From positions 1-38,438 of the forward strand of contig CAMZAI010000001.1 in the NCBI GenBank assembly GCA_947304065.1: 38,438 bases of DNA, written 5' to 3'. The translations under genes and the position numbers were made by a program. The notes beneath the pieces are model-generated. The model had not been told where the DNA came from, searched no databases, and was given only the letters and a program-made list of their open reading frames with translations. The DNA is from an uncultured Clostridia bacterium. GTDB lineage: Bacteria > Bacillota > Clostridia > Lachnospirales > Lachnospiraceae. Positions within the stretch are counted from its first letter, which is position 1. Each line of letters opens with the position of its first letter. This document shows, in pieces, positions 34,038 to 38,438 of the stretch.

Positions 34038-37000
34038 ATGAGCCGCTTTAACTTTGGAAGAAAAAAGATTGTTATATTATTCAGTGTTGTCTTATATGCA
34101 TTGAGCCTTTTGGGGCCGGGAACTGTTCGCGTACATGCGGACGAGCAGGAACAACATAAAATCAGCAGTTATTTTCTGGATGCCATCCGTGACAACACCA
34201 ATTTATCGATGACCGTATATGATGCTTCGAACGGTCTGATGAATTCTTCTGCAAATGCAATAGCAGAAACAAAGGATGGGGTTATCTGGGTAGGAATCTC
34301 CAACGGTCTGGTCAGATATGACGGCAGATCGTTCGAAAGGATAGATCCGGCGGGAAACATATCCAATGTATTGTCTCTCTATACCGATTCCTCGGACAGA
34401 CTCTGGGTCGGCACTTCTTACAGCGGAGCGGTAGTCCTGTCGGGAAACGATGCGAAAGCGTACGACAGAACGAGCGGTCTCGAGTCACTTTCGGTAAAAG
34501 CGATCGCCGAAGACAAAAACGGCAATATATATCTGGGCACGAATGCGGGAATCGGCGTTGTGGCGGCTAAAGACGGTCGTCTGTCCATGATGGCGGATGA
34601 GCGTATCGCCGACAAAAGCATCCGCGAATTCAAAAAAAGTGCACAGGGCGTGGTTTACGCGCTGACGGCATCCGGAGATGTAGTCCTGATCTCAGACGGA
34701 ACCGTGACGGCGTTCTTTTCCGCGGATAATTTTTTGGGACAGATTACGGCTATCCTGCCGGATCCCGAGAAGCCGAATGCTTTCTATGCGGCAGACGGCG
34801 GTCAGGGAGATATTCATTACTGCAGTATCGAAGGCGATGAGCTTATCTTTGACATAGCGTTTGAAGATATTAGCCAGGTAAATACGATTGAGTTTATTGA
34901 CGGAGCTTTCTGGATCGGAAATGAATACGGCGTGATGATCGTTTTTTTCGACGGAGCTGTCACTGGATTCCCCAGACTGAGCAACAGCGTGGAAAATATT
35001 CTGGTTGATTATCAGGGAAATATATGGTGTTCATCTTCCCAGAGAGGCGTGATCAAGATCACGGCTGACCGTTTCTTTGATTTTTACGATTATCTCAACT
35101 ACGGTTTCGATCATTATAAACCGATAGTTTCCGCGGTTGCCGTTCTGGGGGATCGCTTATACCTCTCCGAAAGCACTCGTTCTTCGGAAATATATAGTAA
35201 TATAAACGATCCCGGGCGCATGGTGTTCAAAGATTCATGCGCGATTGAATATGCCGTTGATACAAAAGGCGAAAGAATAAGCCAGTCGTCTGATACGCTT
35301 GATTATCTGTTGGGTGATATATCGGTTCACAGCTACACGACTGACAGCCTGGGAAGGGTATGGATCTGCGGTTTGGGCGATTATCCGCTGATCTGCTATA
35401 ACGGAAAATACGCAGAAGTCTATAGCGTTTCGGACGGATTGCCTTCGGATAATGTTAATATGATCATCGAGCGCGCGGACGGGAGTTTTGCGGCGGCATG
35501 CGAAGGCGGTCTGGCACTTATCTCAGACAACAAGGTCGGTAATGTCTGCACCAAAGATTCATTCATGGGTGCGGAGCCTGTTACGCTTGCGGAGAACGCG
35601 GCGGGAGAACTGGTTATCGGAACGGACGGAGAGGGACTGTTCATACTCGGAAATGACGGACTGACACATATAAGCACTGCTGACGGGCTTCCTTCCGACG
35701 TAGTCCTGAGGGTAAAGAAGGACAGGACGCTCGACACGGTATGGATCATCGCGGGCGATTCCGTTGCCTATATGAATTCCGACCGTAAGATCACCACAGT
35801 CAGCGAATTCCCTTATACCGACAACTATGACCTGTTCGAAAACGATAAGGGAGACATCTGGGTACTGGGAAGCAACGGTATTTATGTGGCGCCTAAGAGC
35901 GCGCTGCTGGAAAACAAAGCGATCGACGCGATACATTACGGTCTCGATAACGGACTGCCGTTCCCTGTAACGCCGAATTCCTACAGTTGCCTGACGGATG
36001 ACGGAAATCTGTATATTGCGGGTCAGAAAGGCATCATTAAAGTAAATATCAACGATGACATCCGGTATTACGATACGGTCAAAATGAGCATTCCCTATGT
36101 GGATGCGGACGGAACGAAGGTTTATCCCGATGCGGACGGTACTTTTGTGCTCGATCACGGGGTAAAAAGGCTGACCGTTTACAGCTATGTCTGCAACTAT
36201 ACTCTGACGGAGCCCGTCATCACATACAGGCTCGACGGCTTTGAGGATGCGGAGAATACCGTATCGGGCAGCGGAAGCATTCAGGCGGTATATACGAACC
36301 TGAAGGGCGGGGAGTATTCATTCACCGTTAATCTGTCGGATATTCAGAATGGTTATAAAAGCGCTGTATCGGTAAAGATCGTCAAGAAGCTTGCGCTGTA
36401 TGAACAGCTGTGGTTTAAGATCGCAGCCGGTGCTGCGGCTGTTGCAGCTGTGGCGACAGCTATAGCCCTGTATTACAGGCATAAGATAAAGATCTACAGC
36501 AGGAAGGCCGAGGAGAATAAGACCCTCGTTCGTGAGATCGTCGAAGCCTTTGCGAAGGTCATCGATATGAAGGACAAGTACACGAACGGCCACTCCACGA
36601 GAGTTGCCGAGTATACCGTGATGCTTGCCAGGGAACTGGGGATTGATGAGGAAACGGTCGATAAGTACAGAAATATCGCACTGATGCACGATATAGGCAA
36701 GGTCGGCGTACCCGTAGATGTGCTCAACAAGCCCGGAAAGCTATCCGACGACGAATATCATATAATTCAGACTCATTCACCTATGGGGTATGATACCCTC
36801 AAAGGAATCAGCATCATGCCCGATCTCGCGGAAGGTGCGAGGTCCCATCATGAGAGACCGGACGGAAAGGGATACCCCCGCGGACTTAAAGGGGACGAGA
36901 TCCCTCGCGTGGCCCAGATCATTGCCGTTGCGGATACATTCGACGCAATGTACTCGAACCGCCCGTACAGAAAGCGCATGAACTTTGAAAAAGCCGTATC

Positions 37001-37151
37001 GATCATACAGGAGAATTCGGGCACGCAGTTTGAAACAGACGTGGTCGATGCGTTCACGAGGCTGGTCGAGAAAGGCATACTGAAGCCCGCAGAGGACGAT
37101 AACGGCGGCGGAACAACAGAGAATATCGATAATATCAGGAAAAATCAATAA
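34038..37151 (+). CDS. Signal-anchored Reg_prop beta-propeller + Y_Y_Y + TM + HD-GYP c-di-GMP phosphodiesterase (paralog of 21085-24744)
   Basis: Repeats KDGVIWVGISNGLVRYDG and SSDRLWVGTSYSG. Y_Y_Y-like ITYRLDGFED..GGEYSFTV. HD-GYP motifs MHDIGK and HHERPDGKGYP. ATG at 34038, 22 nt after the GGDEF stop. Confidence 0.9.
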   Translation: MSRFNFGRKKIVILFSVVLYALSLLGPGTVRVHADEQEQHKISSYFLDAIRDNTNLSMTVYDASNGLMNSSANAIAETKDGVIWVGISNGLVRYDGRSFERIDPAGNISNVLSLYTDSSDRLWVGTSYSGAVVLSGNDAKAYDRTSGLESLSVKAIAEDKNGNIYLGTNAGIGVVAAKDGRLSMMADERIADKSIREFKKSAQGVVYALTASGDVVLISDGTVTAFFSADNFLGQITAILPDPEKPNAFYAADGGQGDIHYCSIEGDELIFDIAFEDISQVNTIEFIDGAFWIGNEYGVMIVFFDGAVTGFPRLSNSVENILVDYQGNIWCSSSQRGVIKITADRFFDFYDYLNYGFDHYKPIVSAVAVLGDRLYLSESTRSSEIYSNINDPGRMVFKDSCAIEYAVDTKGERISQSSDTLDYLLGDISVHSYTTDSLGRVWICGLGDYPLICYNGKYAEVYSVSDGLPSDNVNMIIERADGSFAAACEGGLALISDNKVGNVCTKDSFMGAEPVTLAENAAGELVIGTDGEGLFILGNDGLTHISTADGLPSDVVLRVKKDRTLDTVWIIAGDSVAYMNSDRKITTVSEFPYTDNYDLFENDKGDIWVLGSNGIYVAPKSALLENKAIDAIHYGLDNGLPFPVTPNSYSCLTDDGNLYIAGQKGIIKVNINDDIRYYDTVKMSIPYVDADGTKVYPDADGTFVLDHGVKRLTVYSYVCNYTLTEPVITYRLDGFEDAENTVSGSGSIQAVYTNLKGGEYSFTVNLSDIQNGYKSAVSVKIVKKLALYEQLWFKIAAGAAAVAAVATAIALYYRHKIKIYSRKAEENKTLVREIVEAFAKVIDMKDKYTNGHSTRVAEYTVMLARELGIDEETVDKYRNIALMHDIGKVGVPVDVLNKPGKLSDDEYHIIQTHSPMGYDTLKGISIMPDLAEGARSHHERPDGKGYPRGLKGDEIPRVAQIIAVADTFDAMYSNRPYRKRMNFEKAVSIIQENSGTQFETDVVDAFTRLVEKGILKPAEDDNGGGTTENIDNIRKNQ

Positions 37152-37158
37152 TTGAATT

Positions 37159-37836
37159 ATGGAATTAAAACGACTTACAGAACATATATGGTATATGCCT
37201 TTTGAGACGGAGCGGGACCGCCCGAATCTCGGCTATGTAAAGGGCGACAACTGGAGCCTTGCGATCGACGCCGGCCACTCCGCAGCACATACAAGGGAAT
37301 TCTATGCCCTTCTGGAAAAAGAGAACCTGCCTCTGCCGTCCCTGACGGTCCTTACGCATTGGCACTGGGACCATACTTTCGGAATGCACGCCGTAAACGG
37401 GCTTTGTCTGGCCAATGAAAGAACAAATGAGTACCTTGCGGAATGGAAGGAAAAAATAGAAAAGAACGGGCTGGATGAACTCTTTGCCATCCATGAAAGC
37501 ATCAGGAAGGAATATGCCGGCGGCGCCAAAGTGATCGTAAAAAAGGCGGATCTGGTATTTTCAGGCGATATCGCGCTTGACCCGGGCGGATGCAAGGTCA
37601 GGGCCGTTCGATCCGAGGCACCGCATACGGATGATTCCACGCTTGTCTATATAGAAAATGACAAAATGTTATTCCTTGGGGACTCCACCTGCGACGATTT
37701 TCTTACGGGGATCAAGAGCGCAGATCTTTGCGAAAAGCTGGCCTACACGATCAGAAAGCTCGGCCCGGAAATATGCCTGGAGAGCCATTGGACGCCGCTG
37801 GGGACGCAGGAAACGCTGAATGATCTGATGAACTGA
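37159..37836 (+). CDS. MBL-fold metallo-hydrolase
   Basis: HWHWDH (HxHxDH) motif and a later GDS/H pattern. It starts 7 nt after the HD-GYP stop. The RBS is weak. Confidence 0.82.
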   Translation: MELKRLTEHIWYMPFETERDRPNLGYVKGDNWSLAIDAGHSAAHTREFYALLEKENLPLPSLTVLTHWHWDHTFGMHAVNGLCLANERTNEYLAEWKEKIEKNGLDELFAIHESIRKEYAGGAKVIVKKADLVFSGDIALDPGGCKVRAVRSEAPHTDDSTLVYIENDKMLFLGDSTCDDFLTGIKSADLCEKLAYTIRKLGPEICLESHWTPLGTQETLNDLMN

Positions 37837-37843
37837 ACTTGAT

Positions 37844-37888
37844 ATGCACATTGGCAAAATGAAGAAAAATGCCGATGTGCATTTTTTA
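37844..37888 (+). terminator. Rho-independent terminator after the MBL gene
   Basis: 13-bp stem ATGCACATTGGCA / TGCCGATGTGCAT (one G:U pair) followed by T6. It overlaps the stop of the convergent XRE gene. Confidence 0.7.
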
Positions 37889-38197
37889 TTTCCATATTTT
37901 TATCGTTTCCAGTAATTTTTCCTTTTCTGAAGTACTCATTTTTGAAATCTCAGCTATTATGGCATTGTCTAAAGCCGTTGGAGTGTAGAGAGGTTCAAGA
38001 TTGCCGACCAACTCATCGAGTGTAATTCCCATAATCTTGGCGTAGTAAATCAAGAAGCGCAGTGACATGGCTGTACGACCGTTTTCAACATTGCTGATGT
38101 AACCGGGAGTGACATCCATTTCCGATGCTACCTGGCTCTGTGTAAGGCCAAGTTTGATTCTGTAGGATTTTATCTGCTCTCCATAGTTATCGATCAT
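37886..38197 (-). CDS. XRE-family helix-turn-helix transcriptional regulator
   Basis: IKSYRIKLGLTQSQVASEMDVTPGYISNVENGRT is a canonical Cro/C1 HTH. ATG at 38197 after AGGAGG. Confidence 0.88.
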   Translation of the reverse strand: MIDNYGEQIKSYRIKLGLTQSQVASEMDVTPGYISNVENGRTAMSLRFLIYYAKIMGITLDELVGNLEPLYTPTALDNAIIAEISKMSTSEKEKLLETIKIWK

Positions 38198-38309
38198 GAT
38201 TAAACCTCCTGATAGGATTGGTATATAAAGTATACTATAAGTATTGACGGATGACAAGTAAAGGAATAGTATATATTATATACAAATAATATATAGAAGG
38301 CGGATGTTT

Positions 38310-38438
38310 ATGGGGACCAACTATTTTCTTTTTACAAAAAGTAAGCGACTGGCACGTATGCACTTTGCTATAGAAAGCGATTATGGAGTTACGGATGAAG
38401 AATATGAGATTACTGATGATCCGTATCTTGGATATAAG
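38310..38438 (+). CDS. Partial ORF of unknown function, divergent from the XRE gene and running off the window
   Basis: ATG at 38310, open for 43 codons to the window end (MGTNYFLFTKSKRLARMHFAIESDYGVTDEEYEITDDPYLGYK). No recognisable motif. Confidence 0.35.
   Translation, partial: MGTNYFLFTKSKRLARMHFAIESDYGVTDEEYEITDDPYLGYK

Noticed and set aside
1-38438. CRISPR arrays, IS elements or transposases, rRNA, group II introns, retron or DGR components
   Set aside because: I saw no regularly spaced direct repeats and no terminal inverted repeats flanking an ORF. None of the supplied translations shows reverse-transcriptase, transposase or integrase motifs.

Overview
This 38.4-kb chromosomal segment looks like a Clostridia-class Firmicute, judging by AGGAGG-type ribosome-binding sites (RBS) and gene content; the taxon is an inference. 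I found no transposase, integrase, CRISPR array or rRNA. Left to right: (1) a 460-bp non-coding region with four DnaA boxes, a 17-nt direct repeat pair and a structured RNA-like element; (2) DedA-family and Trp-rich membrane proteins, a histidine phosphatase, a solitary tRNA-Ala(CGC), a GPH sugar symporter, an Fe-S aldo/keto reductase and a patatin-like lipase; (3) a metY-cysK sulfur amino-acid operon with a 523-bp leader, divergent from an Rrf2 regulator; (4) an MFS transporter, a sugar sensor (binding protein, YesM-like kinase, YesN-like AraC regulator, second binding protein) and a ChvE/GguAB-like ABC transporter; (5) two paralogous beta-propeller (Reg_prop/Y_Y_Y) HD-GYP proteins, one overlapping an orphan BMP-family binding protein by 4 nt, the other following a GGDEF cyclase; (6) a metal island with two DtxR-family regulators, feoA-feoA-feoB, a Cys-rich peptide, an HMA protein, DUF2325 and a ZIP transporter, linked by five TTAG-N6-CTAA palindromes; (7) a HAD hydrolase, an ABC-exporter 3' remnant, an MBL hydrolase and an AT-rich XRE module at the right edge. 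The most novel candidates are a Cys/Met-codon leader-peptide attenuator upstream of metY, a duplicated unassigned RNA element, and the propeller-HD-GYP/BMP c-di-GMP module. All domain calls come from motifs read by eye in the supplied translations; no database search was run.
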